Of a stretch of 41,561 bases of DNA, positions 1 to 11,530 are shown in pieces. A program made the position numbers and the translations under genes. Within the stretch, counting starts at the first letter, position 1; each line of letters begins with the position of its first letter. The stretch is from NCBI RefSeq assembly GCF_001194135.2, contig NC_068984.1, forward strand, positions 5,892,774-5,934,334. The letters run 5' to 3'. Source of the DNA: Octopus bimaculoides (Eukaryota). A model generated the notes under the pieces. That model was not told the DNA's origin and did no database searches. It saw nothing but the letters and a program-made list of their open reading frames with translations.

Positions 1-454
1 TATATATATATATATACATGATGTTGACAACAAAGAAAGAGACGGCCAACTGAATTAGAGAAAATCAGGGAAAACAACTGAAACAAAACGTTTGAATACG
101 CACGTGGGAGTAGAGAATACGATTCCGTTTCTACTACACCTGACAGAGTGTCTAGGCTATTTCCAAGAAGTGAATAAAGTATTTCAGAACAATACACAGA
201 ACTAGCTTTCACATTTTGTGAATATTCAAGCGCAACTGACGATCACCATCAGAAGGACAGCTTATGCAGACAAATGTATCATGCAAATAGTAGTCAGATA
301 CAAACAGTGACAGCAATATAAACAAACAGGATTCTGAGAGAGCAAACTGAATATGTACAGCAAGAGAATAGAACAGAAAGCTTTGAAATTCGGGGCACGA
401 ATATTGCATAAAATTTCTTTTCTCTTACAATGCAGAAACATTTCTCGTGGCACC

Positions 455-885
455 AGCAGACAAAATGGAAAAGGGGGTCGACCCGGAGAAGAGCGAGGGA
501 GATGCAGTGGAACAGCTACTCTGACTCACACGGCTTGCACTTGCGGACAGTGGTGAGCATGGATATGATCCAGGGGGCCAAAGATACCGAGGTCTCGACT
601 GCTAAAGGCTCCGCGATAAACCTGTCAGAGAGTGACCCATACCAAGACAGTCTTTTTCTCAACCTGACGAGCAGCGGGACCTGGGCTGGCTGCTGACAAC
701 AGCAAGTTGCCGCTGGAGAATGTGTGTCACAGCATGTGACATCTGAGATGAGGGGCCCACCGCCACGGAACAGGAAAACTGTCATACCGTCCGGCCTTCT
801 ACCAACCCCTCGGTCTAGCCCGGCTGGCTCGAGCTTGGAAGGGAAAACTGCGGCGTCTAGGCCATGCTTTATAAAGCAGGACTAT
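455..885 (-). mobile_element. CRE-clade non-LTR retrotransposon 3' fragment (restriction-like endonuclease domain), degraded
   Basis: Minus-strand translation FIKHGLDAAVFPSKLEPAGLDRGVGRRPDGMTVFLFRGGGPLISDVTCCDT...YGSLSDRFIAEPLAVETS...LFHCISLA. It matches the CRE-type RLE pattern LEPxGLDRGDGKRPDGxT...DxTCxDT...FEPxAVET. The PDG codons are at 786-794. Confidence 0.85.
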
Positions 886-1759
886 TGAAGGAATAGCAAT
901 GAATGCCAATTCTGATAGTTTTCAAGAATAGCTGTACTGTTTGTTGTGCATTCATATAATACAGAGAGTCTCTTTGACAATGTTTACTCACATTGCAAAG
1001 CTTACAGATGCCCCTACTGAATCGGAACCCCTATGTTGCTTTAGGAGAAGGTAAAACTGGGAAAGCTACATGCCCCTCAGCCAAATATTCGTAGATACTT
1101 TGATGATGCTCAACTGGAAATAATTTCCTGGTAAACATATGTTCATTTAACAAGGCACTGACACCGGTTTCTCTAGCTCCCAAAGAAATTAAGCAATAGA
1201 AATATTATCTAATGATTAGATATTTCAGAAAATTGGAGGACAGTTTGTAAGTATTAGTATCCTAGCTGTCTGCATTAGCTATGATCTGCAAAGCGAAATT
1301 CTACTTGAGAATAATATCTCTTCAAGTTCCTACATTATAACATAAAAACGGAGAAAGACATAGCAAAGCTGAAATAAGTCTGCATGATTGAGAGGAAAAT
1401 AAATAAAACAGATATCTCTGTATTATACGTAACGTATATACACAGCTGACCGTCGTGAAACTGTGAATTTCATCTGAGAGAAAATCTCTTCTTAAACATG
1501 GTGTATTAAAAACTCAATAGATATCAGAGAGAGAGAGAGAGACGAACATCATCCAAACAGTGATCAACAGCAAAGCCATATGCATTTTAGTTTCTTCCAT
1601 TTTATAATCCTACATTTTACAACAGTAAACACAAGACCCCAGTCATACGCCGAGGAAGCTCTGCAAATTTATTAAGAAAAAAACATCATAACACATTTAT
1701 TATAAGTATTTCACGTAGATAGAAGGTACTTTCAGACTTCGACGGTAACATCGTAATAT

Positions 1760-1950
1760 ATATATACATGGAGGTAGTCCTCTTCCTAACTCTATAAAGC
1801 TTTATTCTCATCTGACCCCTAGACTTTCTTCTTTCCCATTAATTTCTTCCTTCTTTATATATTTTTCCATTTTTTACATTTTCTGATGAAGGACTAGTAT
1901 ACGAAACGTTATTTAGGTGCCTCGTTTATTTTTCACACATTGCCTTTGAT
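1760..1950 (+). mobile_element. Penelope-like LTR relic containing a minimal hammerhead-ribozyme core
   Basis: CTGATGA (1883-1889) - AGGACTAGTATAC - GAAACGTTA (1903-1911) in a pyrimidine-rich context typical of Penelope pseudo-LTRs. Stems I and II are imperfect. Confidence 0.55.
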
Positions 1951-1977
1951 CTATCTATTTATCTGCCTGTCTCTCTG

Positions 1978-2023
<46 letters not shown>

Positions 2024-2024
2024 A

Positions 2025-2063
<39 letters not shown>

Positions 2064-2143
2064 ATATATATATATAAAGGGAGAGAGAGAGAAAGAGAGA
2101 CTGAGAAAGACTAAATAAATAGACAGACAAACAGACTGATAGA

Positions 2144-2179
<36 letters not shown>

Positions 2180-2260
2180 TAGATAGATAGATACATACAT
2201 ACATACATAGAGAGATAGATAGATAAATAGATACATAGACAGACAGTCAGACAGACAGAC

Positions 2261-2319
<59 letters not shown>

Positions 2320-2330
2320 AACAGGCAGAT
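1950..2330. repeat. Compound tetranucleotide microsatellite (TCTA)n / (GA)n / (TAGA,CAGA,TACA)n
   Basis: Directly visible tandem arrays. Confidence 0.97.
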
Positions 2331-2827
2331 AAAGTGGGAGAACGTATAACTAAATACGTGCAATTCGTGCGAACGTGCATAAAGTTTTCTTGGAAAGGAA
2401 AATTTATCATATTCACACCAGAGAAAAGAAAACAGGAGAAACAGAGACAAACAGAATTTCTATATTTTCTTAAATGAAAAAAAAAAAAAAAAATGCACAG
2501 TCAATATCCTAGGAGTGAGATTAGGGAAAACATTGAAATGAACGAAAATATTTTATCATAGCAAAGCATAACTGTAAAATAGAAAAACCAAAAGAAAAAA
2601 CAACTAAAAAAAAAGGGTTAAAGATATAGCGCAAAGTAAACATCCAATAGATATAATAAATATGTAGTCCCATATTAAATAGAAATGAAATTATATTTCT
2701 GGAAGAATAAAGAAAAAACTAACCAAACCAATTAAATAATCAATACTATTATTTTCTTTTAATAAATATAGTGAATTAATTTGTCACGGTTATAACTTAG
2801 TTTTATATCTCCGGGCTACTAGGACGA

Positions 2828-3070
<243 letters not shown>

Positions 3071-3262
3071 ATAAGAAGCAAGTGCTGTGATGAAAAGTCG
3101 TAACAGCGTGTTTTTGATTAAGTGAACATTCTACATGATATAGCTTAAGTACGATAGAAGCCCACCTTCCAAATGATATAACTTATACACACGCTACGTA
3201 AATGCCACAGAAATCTCTGTGTGTATGTGTGTATGTATGTGTGTATGTGTGTATGTATGTAT

Positions 3263-3890
3263 GTCATTATTCAGTTTATTTCAAGATTTCTTGCCAATAG
3301 AGAAAGAACCGGTTTCTAACCTAGATCCAAGGCTCCTTCATTGAAATTTTAACTTCAACAGCAAGGCATTTTTGTATGTATGTATATGCAGATTTGTATG
3401 TTATATGCATGTACTCTCATGCATAAAGTTAAATGTCTAGACATGCTCATATATATTTAAATGATAAAATTTCTGGAAAGTTTTACAGATTTTTACAGTT
3501 CCAGTAATGGGTTGGATCTGTAGTCTTCGAATCAGCTTTCTCATTTCTGGTTTTGAGAAGCCTAATTTCTCAAGATTGCTATTTAGGCAGTGTGTTACAT
3601 ATCCCAGGGCCCTAGTAATTACAGGTATAAACCTGGACTTGTAATCTGGATAAAGTAACTGCATATTTCTCAACAGTTTAGCATAAGTTTTCTCTTTTTC
3701 ACTGATCTTCAACTTTATGTTAACATCTGCTGGGCAGGTAATTTCCACAACTGTGCAAAGTTTCATTTCTCTATCCCAAATCATCATTTTAGGACTATTG
3801 TCCTTACATTTAACTGAGGTCTTCACTGGGACATTCCACCAGTATTCCCTTTTTATTATGAGTGGCTATAGCTTCTACCATATTGCAGGT
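3263..3890 (-). mobile_element. 5'-truncated RLE-type non-LTR retrotransposon (R4/Dong-like), endonuclease C-terminus plus 3' UTR
   Basis: EYWWNVPVKTSVKCKDNSPKMMIWDREMKLCTVVEITCPADVNIKLKISEKEKTY..LL...FIPVITRALG...GTVKICKTF follows the PD..E..CP.D.N..KE..Y..IPVxxGALG RLE pattern. The 3' UTR ends ...AATAAACTGAATAATGAC. Both flanks are (TATG)n-type repeats. Confidence 0.88.
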
Positions 3891-4068
3891 ATGTATGTAT
3901 ATATGTATGTATATGTGCGCATAATGTTCCTGAAGGTTAGCAATGGTCTTCCTCAGTCACGAGTGGACGGCCATCATCATGTATATATGTATATGTGTAT
4001 ATGTGTGTGTGTTATATAAAATACAAGTATACACATAAACAGGCACGATATAAAATACATATACATAT

Positions 4069-4078
4069 TTGTGTGTGT

Positions 4079-4170
<92 letters not shown>
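4069..4170. repeat. (GT)n microsatellite
   Basis: Directly visible. Confidence 0.98.
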
Positions 4171-4173
<3 letters not shown>

Positions 4174-4175
4174 AT

Positions 4176-4275
4176 TTTATCCCGCCTGGGTCGATAAAAA
4201 GTAAAGCAGTCGATAAAAGTGAAGCACCGGATGCTGCAACATGGCCAGATTCCAAAGGCTGAAACTAGGAAAAAT
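4176..4275 (+). mobile_element. Degraded SINE 3' fragment
   Basis: GGGTCGATAAAA motif followed by a GCAACATGGCCA...CTGAAACTAGGAAAA tail resembling other SINE tails in this window. Confidence 0.5.
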
Positions 4276-4417
4276 TAAAAAAGCAGAATAATAGGAATAA
4301 ATTAATAACAGAATATCATGAGTGTGAACTTCAGTGTTGTTGATGTTTCGGCTTTATATACTGATACAGCATAAATAATTTTCGAAAACTATTCAGACAT
4401 ACAGATATATTTTTAGA

Positions 4418-4731
4418 GATAAATTAAATACAGAGATGTTCTATTGACAATCCAATACTTTATTACTATTACAATCCAGCCGTCCATTCACACAGAATTT
4501 CGTCTTTCAGAACCAAGGACCCTGAAGTGACTTATATATAATGGAACAGAGATTATGAATATCAGAATATATATATGTATATATATAAGTCGAAACAATT
4601 TGTTGGCTTTGACGGTTTTTATAATTACTTATATAATATTATGTTATGTTATATATAATATCCATAGTATTTAATGTAATGTAATATAGATTATTGGATT
4701 GTCAATAGAATATCTCTATATTTAATTTATC
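4418..4731. repeat. Inverted repeat pair (40-bp core arms), possible MITE/foldback relic
   Basis: 4418-4457 GATAAATTAAATACAGAGATGTTCTATTGACAATCCAATA matches the reverse complement of 4692-4731 at 38/40. Confidence 0.85.
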
Positions 4732-4943
4732 TTTATTATTGAATTATACGAATATTTATATGGTATTCAACAGAAGTACCAGTGACCTGGATGCTTAACA
4801 CACCCCTTTGAAGGATTTCTTTTCCTGAGTTTGTTACAGATATATGTTTATATAAACATGTGTTTGTGTGAATATATTAATGTCTCTTCGCAATGGTAGA
4901 GAAATAGCAATAAAAACAAATGACAAATATCAGAAATGAAAAT

Positions 4944-5338
4944 CATTATCATCATCATGTCGTTTAACGTCCGCTTTCTATGCTGGCATGGGTTGGACGA
5001 TTTGACTGAGGGGTGGCAAGTCAGAAGGCTTCACCAGACTCTAATCCGATCTGGCAATATTTCTACAGCTGGATGCCCTTCCTAACGCCAACCACTCCGA
5101 GAGTGTAGTTGGTGATTTTTATGTGCCACCGGCACGAGGGCCAGTCAGGCGGTACTAGCATCGGCCACACACGTACGGTGCTTTTTACATGTCACCGGCA
5201 CAGGATCCAATCGGCCGGCACTGACAACGACCACGCTCGAATGGTGCTTTTTACGTGCCACTGGCACGGGAGCCAGTCAGCCGGAACTGGCATCGACCAG
5301 CTGTTGAATGGCGCTTTGTATGTGCCACTGGCACGGGT
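4944..5338 (-). mobile_element. SINE-like retroposon 3' part with V-domain-like motif, (GAT)n tail and internal ~66-bp tandem repeats
   Basis: The minus strand has GGTTGGCGTTAGGAAGGGCATCCAGCTGTAGAA (V-domain-like) and the tail CCAACCCATGCCAGCATAGAAAGCGGACGTTAAACGACATGATGATG. Repeat units start at about 5111, 5177, 5242 and 5309. Confidence 0.75.
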
Positions 5339-5454
5339 GAACAAAAAATAGAAATTTATTGACTTATCAGCTGCTTCACCTAAGATTATAGCAGTTTCAG
5401 CGCGCTTGGATAAGTTCCTTAAGCTAAAGCTATATCGCAGATAAGGATCATAAG

Positions 5455-5504
5455 CAAGAAGAGGATGCGTGGTAAGGGACAAGAAGAGGATGCGTGGTAA
5501 GGAC
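5455..5504. repeat. 25-bp tandem duplication CAAGAAGAGGATGCGTGGTAAGGGA
   Basis: Two adjacent copies; the second lacks one G. Confidence 0.95.
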
Positions 5505-6311
5505 TAGCGATGGGACAGGAAAAGAAAGTACTTCATTCTACGTATAGACGGTGAAATATAAAAAAGAACGCGTTTCTTTTTGTGATAAAAATGTAATAAC
5601 TCCTGGAAAATGTAAGAACCTCCTGGAAAATAACCACAGCGAGGGACATTCCACAGTTGAATTAGAACAGTCACAAACAGTGAAAGAAGACATGCACCCA
5701 ACACCAGAGCTGAAGACACCTCCGAAATGGGGGGCCCCGCCACGTCAAAACGGTAGAGGAGTAGGGGCCGAAACCGGACGTGGTTCCTCCTGATGATGTC
5801 TTGAGCTAACTGGATCCTATAAAGGAGCTGTTGTGGTAGCAGACCACGAAACATGGTTGAAATTCCTCCTTAGGATGAAAAAAAAGAAAGAAAGAAAACA
5901 AGAAACAATAGAAACCATTGAGCAACCAATTCAGCGTTGTTGGCGATCCGGTCCATCGGCATTCGGACTTTATTCTTCCAGTTTTCTTTCAAATGACAAT
6001 TGGATGAAAGAACAACATTTCCTTGTTGTCGGGATGGGACCTAACAAGACTCATTTCGCTGCAGACGTAGGAAAGGGAAATATTTAAACTGATGCATAAA
6101 CATTACGTGCACATATTGAATAATTTCTCCGTTTATTTATGCAAATATATGCATCAACAAACATAGATACTCACTCAGACAAATATTCTTACATATGTAC
6201 ATGCTTAAGTTTGTGTGCGTATGTGTGTGTGCGCGTGTGTGGATGTGTATATATATATGTATGTATGCGCGCCCACACACAAATATATATATTATATGTA
6301 TGTGTATGTAT

Positions 6312-6555
6312 ATTCTTTTACTTGTTTCAGTCATTTGACTGCGACCATGCTGGAGCACCGCCTTTAGTCGAACAAATCGACCTCAGGACTTATTCCTTGT
6401 AAGCCTACGATTTATTCTATCGTTCTCGTTTGCCGAACCGCTAAGTTAGAGGAAACAAGGACACACAAACATACATAGACACATACATACACATATACAC
6501 GATACGCCTCCCTCAGCTTCTGTCCACCAAATCCACTCTGAGTGCCGACCGGAAG
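6312..6555 (-). mobile_element. CORE-type tRNA-derived SINE (octopus OR2-like), 5'-degraded
   Basis: Reverse complement of the family tail (GGTGCTCCAGCATGG..GCAGTCAAATGACTGAAACAAGTAAAAGA) also seen at 19380-19430. Confidence 0.85.
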
Positions 6556-6977
6556 CACCTCTTGTGTCCTTCTCCCATGTTCCTGCCTTCAGGCTTTCAC
6601 TCCATACACGCCAGCTCAATTTGGTTCGTTCTCAGTCAAAAGACGCCTGTTGTTATTTCTTGTTGATTGTATTCATAATTGTGTACCACGTTCTCCTTTT
6701 TGTTTTTGTTTTTCTTTTTTTTTTTTTNNNNNNNNNNAGGAGTCTAATGTTCTTAGCTTAGACTTTTGGGTGGGGGGTGGTGCAACCAGATCGAACCATC
6801 TCAGGTGTAACTGCCCGTAATTTCGTCACTTCTGGGACTTGACTGAGGAAAGAAAGCCACGAATGACCCATCTTTTTTTGCCTGTCCTTTTAATTGTTTC
6901 TTTTGTCCGCCTTTGTACCGTCTATCTGTCCGAAAGTTTTAATGCCCTCTATTGCGTTTTTGTTCCATTTTTATATT

Positions 6978-7020
6978 TATACATACATACATACATACAT
7001 ACATACATACATACATACAA
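6978..7020. repeat. (TACA)n microsatellite
   Basis: Directly visible. Confidence 0.97.
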
Positions 7021-7481
7021 GCACTTAGATGCAAAACAAGTGAGAGAAGAAAGTATTTAAATATCAAATGTAGAGAAAAAATATGTTTAATGAAGATGAG
7101 AAAATTACGCAATTTTTTACTCAGAGTTTCACGTACACATAATAAGTCAGAAGCCTACTTTTGTTACAATACAATAGTTTATTAATGTTTATAAATGTTG
7201 CAGAGATAATAATTTAGTAACTCACCAGTGTAATATACCATGCTGATTGCACGCGGTGGGGTTATAACTTTTCAAAATTAATGGAATCTTTTTGGCCGCT
7301 GACGTAGAATGATACAAATATTAAAAACAAACAAAAAAAAACGAATAAAATATAAGAAAAAACAAAACAACTTAATTGCATAAATCTCATATGTACACGG
7401 TAATAGTCATAATAATTGCAAAGAGAAATATATTTTTAGAAATTAAGAATTCAAAGAAGAATTCAAAGAATTCAAAGAAAT

Positions 7482-7582
7482 AGAAGAAGAAGAAGAAGAA
7501 GAAGAAGAAGAAGAAGAAGAAGAAGAAGAAGAAGAAGAAGAAGAAGAAGAAGAAGAAGAAGAAGAAGAAGAAGAAGAAGAAG
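7482..7582. repeat. (GAA)n microsatellite preceded by three GAATTCAAA units
   Basis: Directly visible. Confidence 0.97.
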
Positions 7583-7728
7583 GAATAAATAAGTTTTCAC
7601 TAATGCAAGTGACAAGAAGTGGAGTAGACAAAAAAAAAATAAATAAAGAGAAAGCGGAAGATATAATGTTGGTAGGAGAGAGGGCAGCTAGGCGTTTAAA
7701 TGCCATTAGTAACACTGATAGTTGGCAC

Positions 7729-7759
<31 letters not shown>

Positions 7760-8349
7760 TATATATNNNNNNNNNNNNNNNNNNNNNNNNNNNNNNNNNN
7801 NNNNNNNNNNNNNNNNNNNNNNNNNNNNNNNNNNNNNNNNNNNNNNNNNNNNNNNNNNNNNNNNNNNNNNNNNNNNNNNNNNNNNNNNNNNNNNNNNNNN
7901 NNNNNNNNNNNNNNNNNNNNNNNNNNNNNNNNNNNNNNNNNNNNNNNNNNNNNNNNNNNNNNNNNNNNNNNNNNNNNNNNNNNNNNNNNNNNNNNNNNNN
8001 NNNNNNNNNNNNNNNNNNNNNNNNNNNNNNNNNNNNNNNNNNNNNNNNNNNNNNNNNNNNNNNNNNNNNNNNNNNNNNNNNNNNNNNNNNNNNNNNNNNN
8101 NNNNNNNNNNNNNNNNNNNNNNNNNNNNNNNNNNNNNNNNNNNNNNNNNNNNNNNNNNNNNNNNNNNNNNNNNNNNNNNNNNNNNNNNNNNNNNNNNNNN
8201 NNNNNNATACATATTAACATATATTTTTATATATATTTTTAATACAACAATTATTTTACACACGTATATATCTTTCTGATGAATTTTCTAATATTGATTT
8301 CCTGATATTAATAATAATATATTATAATATATATATATATATATACAAG

Positions 8350-8518
8350 AAACAGTTTTTGTGGAAACTGGGTTCTCGAGGCGGTCATTAAGTTCCGCAG
8401 TAATATTGGGAGCAGTACTTTTGTGATCCTTTCTAACAATTTGCCTAAGAGTCCGTCGGTCCCTATCTGAAAGTTTTGGCTTGCTTCTGGGGTTTTGTTT
8501 CGACGATAAGGTTTTTCC
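8350..8518 (-). mobile_element. Tc1-family transposase fragment (N-terminal DNA-binding/HTH region)
   Basis: Stop-free translation GKTLSSKQNPRSKPKLSDRDRRTLRQIVRKDHKSTAPNITAELNDRLENPVSTKTV matches the Tc1 GRKPKL...TAELN...VSTKTV signature. Confidence 0.88.
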
Positions 8519-8549
8519 TAGTCTCCTTCCTTTCTTTTGTCAAATCTTT

Positions 8550-9478
8550 CTATCCTGCCCCTCACTTCTGCTGCACTATCTCTGACACCTCTGTCTCCTT
8601 TCTTGACATTTTGGTCAGCATTCACCACTCCACTCTCACCACCTCCATCCACTACAAACACTCAGACTCACACCTCAACTTCTCCTCCTCTCACCCTATG
8701 CCATGCCCTATTCCCAATTCCTCCGTCTACGCAGGCTCTGTAGTGATGACCATGACTTTTAGACTCAGTCTCAACTCATGGCTCGCCAATTCATCCTACG
8801 CGGATATCCCCTCACCATTATCTACACCGCTCTTACCAGAGCACGTTCCGTGGACCGTGCATCTGTTCTTTTGCCCCACATCCGCCCCGCCGTCTCCCGT
8901 TTACCATTACCTGCCACCCCCACCCCACCTCTCCAACTCACCATTCTCCGAGCCTTCCGGCGACTCCAGTCCGAGTCCTCCACTTCGCACATCTTCCCTA
9001 ACTGACCTCTCCCCTCCTTCAAACGAGACCACAACCTACGAGACATCTTGGTCCACAGTTTCTTCCCTAACCCGGCTCGTTTCCCTGCTCCCGCCTACAC
9101 TGCCGCACTTGCCCTTAACTCTCCAACACCACCCTCCTCACCGGCACCCATCGTCGACCCTATCATATTACAGACTTCTTCACCTGCATTTCTACCAATG
9201 TCATCTGCTGCATCTCTGCCCTTCTCTATATATCGGGCAAGCGGGACGCCGCTTGGCTGACCGGTTCGCGGAACACATCCGAGACATCCGACTTGGCAAT
9301 GACACCCCGCTCTCGCGCCATTTCCGCTCTACCAGTCACTCTTAGCAACACCTGTCTGTTCGGATTGTCCTTGCACAGGGGCTATCCGGACTCCCGTGTG
9401 CGCCATGAACAGGGATTAATCTTCTCTCTTAGCTCCTTTGCCCCACATGGGCTCAACTCTCCTCCCCTCTTCATCTAA
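8550..9478 (+). mobile_element. Penelope-like element, RT thumb plus GIY-YIG endonuclease, frameshifted
   Basis: ISDTSVSFLDILVSIHHSTLTTSIHYKHSDSH; YSQFLRLRRLCSDDHDF; LRGYP; FKRDHNLRDILVHS; LYIGQAGRRLADRFAEHIRDIR; EQGLIFSLSSFAPHGLN. These lie in shifting frames. Confidence 0.92.
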
Positions 9479-9479
9479 C

Positions 9480-9800
9480 CACCTCCCATTTCCTCTCTCC
9501 CTCTCACACCTCTTCACTCCTACTCTCCTTCTCTCTTCTCTTCATTACAACCCACCTTCTCCCTCTCTCTTCATCGTCACCCCTCCTCGTAATCTCACCC
9601 CCACCTTCCCTATCCATCCCATGCCACCCGCTCCCACATACCCCACCTCTAGCCCCACATTCCCCACCTCTAGCCCACCCTCAGCCTAACCCACACCGCA
9701 TCTTTGCTTTCCCCACATTCCAACACCATCACACCACACCACACGCCACTACACCACCATACCACGCAACACATCACACCACCACGCACACACTAGCACT
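9480..9800. repeat. C/A-rich low-complexity tract with short direct repeats (CCCCACCTCTAGCCC x2, ACACC-rich)
   Basis: Directly visible and almost G-free on the plus strand. It may be the 3' part of the Penelope element. Confidence 0.8.
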
Positions 9801-9955
9801 GACCACTTTCGCGGGGAAGTGAATGTAAGGAACGTCAAGAATATGAAAAGAAAGCTAAACTAAGAATGCCAAAGAAATGCAAATCTTCTTTTCTTCCTTA
9901 AATAGGTCCGCTTAATTTTTTCCATTCCGTGGAATTTCCATGGGTCCTACTAGCG

Positions 9956-10299
9956 TTGTTATATTTCAGGATGGTCATTTTATTCTTTCTTTTTTCTCTT
10001 GCCAAATAAACTCACGCAATATATATTTGGACCATAAACAGAACTTGACTTAAAAAGGATTTAGATAATCCTATCACGTGGTGCTATTAAGTTAGACATG
10101 GCCTGGACCAATCTTTGGTCGAAACATATCTAAGTTTTAATATATATTCGTTATTCACTCGTTTATTATTGTTTTTATTGCACTTTATGGCATGAGATAA
10201 AAGAAAAACAATAATAAACGAATGAAGAACAAATATATAGTGCCTGTGTTAATTTGGAAAGAAAGAAAAAAAGAAAATGACCATCCCGAAATATAACAA
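9956..10299. mobile_element. MITE-like element with ~70-bp terminal inverted repeats
   Basis: TTGTTATATTTCAGGATGGTCATTTT...ATATATATTTG (9956-10029) versus CAAATATATA...AAAATGACCATCCCGAAATATAACAA (10230-10299). Confidence 0.75.
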
Positions 10300-10352
10300 T
10301 ATTTGTTTCAACACACGATTTCACAGGAATCTTGCAAAACAAATTCATATAA

Positions 10353-10427
<75 letters not shown>

Positions 10428-10443
10428 NNNNNNNNNNNNNNNN

Positions 10444-10501
<58 letters not shown>

Positions 10502-10516
10502 CGTGTGTATATATGT

Positions 10517-10833
10517 ATACGAAAGTTACGGAACGGACTATGGGAAATCTGGACTACATATGTATCATAGTAAGTGGAACCTCAAAAATGGTAAAATCCA
10601 AGTGAGGTGTATACTGCCGGCTACTCTCTTCAAGCCAAGAATATCTTAATTAGATTAAAGGCTACATTGTCGCAAGGAGGTACATGTTGACGCAAAGATT
10701 CAGTCAGAGTCCTTAGCCTGAAGAGCAGCTGATGGTATACACCTCACCTGGATGTTACCACTTCTGTGGTTCCACTCGCTATGAAGCATATGTAGCCTGG
10801 ATTTCCCACCCTCCATTTCGTAACTCTTGTATT
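10517..10833. mobile_element. Foldback/MITE: ~120-bp inverted arms around a ~72-bp loop
   Basis: 10517-10639 pairs with 10712-10833. Example: TGGGAAATC..CTACATATG..TCATAG..AGTGGAACC....AAxTGGTAA.ATCCA.GTGAGGTGTATAC. Confidence 0.85.
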
Positions 10834-11370
10834 CTTTTTCGCACACTCGGCAACTCTGGTTGCGTACCGAGGAATATAAGAAGAATTTCGTTTCAGCTGA
10901 TCGTTCTTCGATAAAAGAAAAACAATCTGGAAAATTCCATCTCAATAAACCACTATTGTGTCTAAAAGTTATTTTTTATATCCACTGCGGATTGCTCGAA
11001 GCTAAACCTTCTTCCTACACATCGATACCTGGATCTTACATATATATATACATATATAAACAGACACACATATACGTATCGAGAGAGAGCGAGAGAAAAA
11101 GAGAAATAGACAGCTAGATAGATAGAGATACAGAGATATATAGATAGAAAAATAGGTATATACATATATGTGTGTGTGTGTGTGTGTGTGTGTCTGAACA
11201 TCTTTCTGTGTGAAATAATTTTTTGCATTGCTTTTCTAAGTATTGCATGTGAGTACGCTTCTAAATATATTTTAGAATGAATATATAGGTGTGCACCTGC
11301 CAACACACACGAACGTACATCTCCCCATATAAATATGTATATACCTAAATACACGCACACACACACACAT

Positions 11371-11401
<31 letters not shown>

Positions 11402-11449
11402 CGCACATATTCACGCCCATGCTCCCAACGCAAGAGAGTAGCTACCTAC

Positions 11450-11450
<1 letters not shown>

Positions 11451-11522
<72 letters not shown>

Positions 11523-11530
11523 CAGACCGA
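11451..11530. repeat. (TAGA)n microsatellite
   Basis: Directly visible. Confidence 0.97.

Noticed and set aside
5111-5338. Regularly spaced repeats as a CRISPR array
   Set aside because: The units are contiguous degenerate tandem repeats without unique spacers, in a eukaryotic SINE context with no cas genes.
5768-5800. GAAAC...CTGATGA arrangement as a type II hammerhead
   Set aside because: There is no room for stem I between the putative cleavage site and CTGATGA, and stem II cannot pair.
7603-8279. Long ORFs (150-250 aa) here and at 12100-12640, 14005-14289, 16224-16605, 18771-19319, 21596-22012, 33272-33687, 38455-39210 and 39881-40394
   Set aside because: They are open only because they run through N-gaps and dinucleotide repeats.
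8476-9345. 289-aa ORF as an intact gene
   Set aside because: It is in the Penelope frame only at its start and end; the conserved motifs in between lie in other frames, so it is a frameshifted relic.
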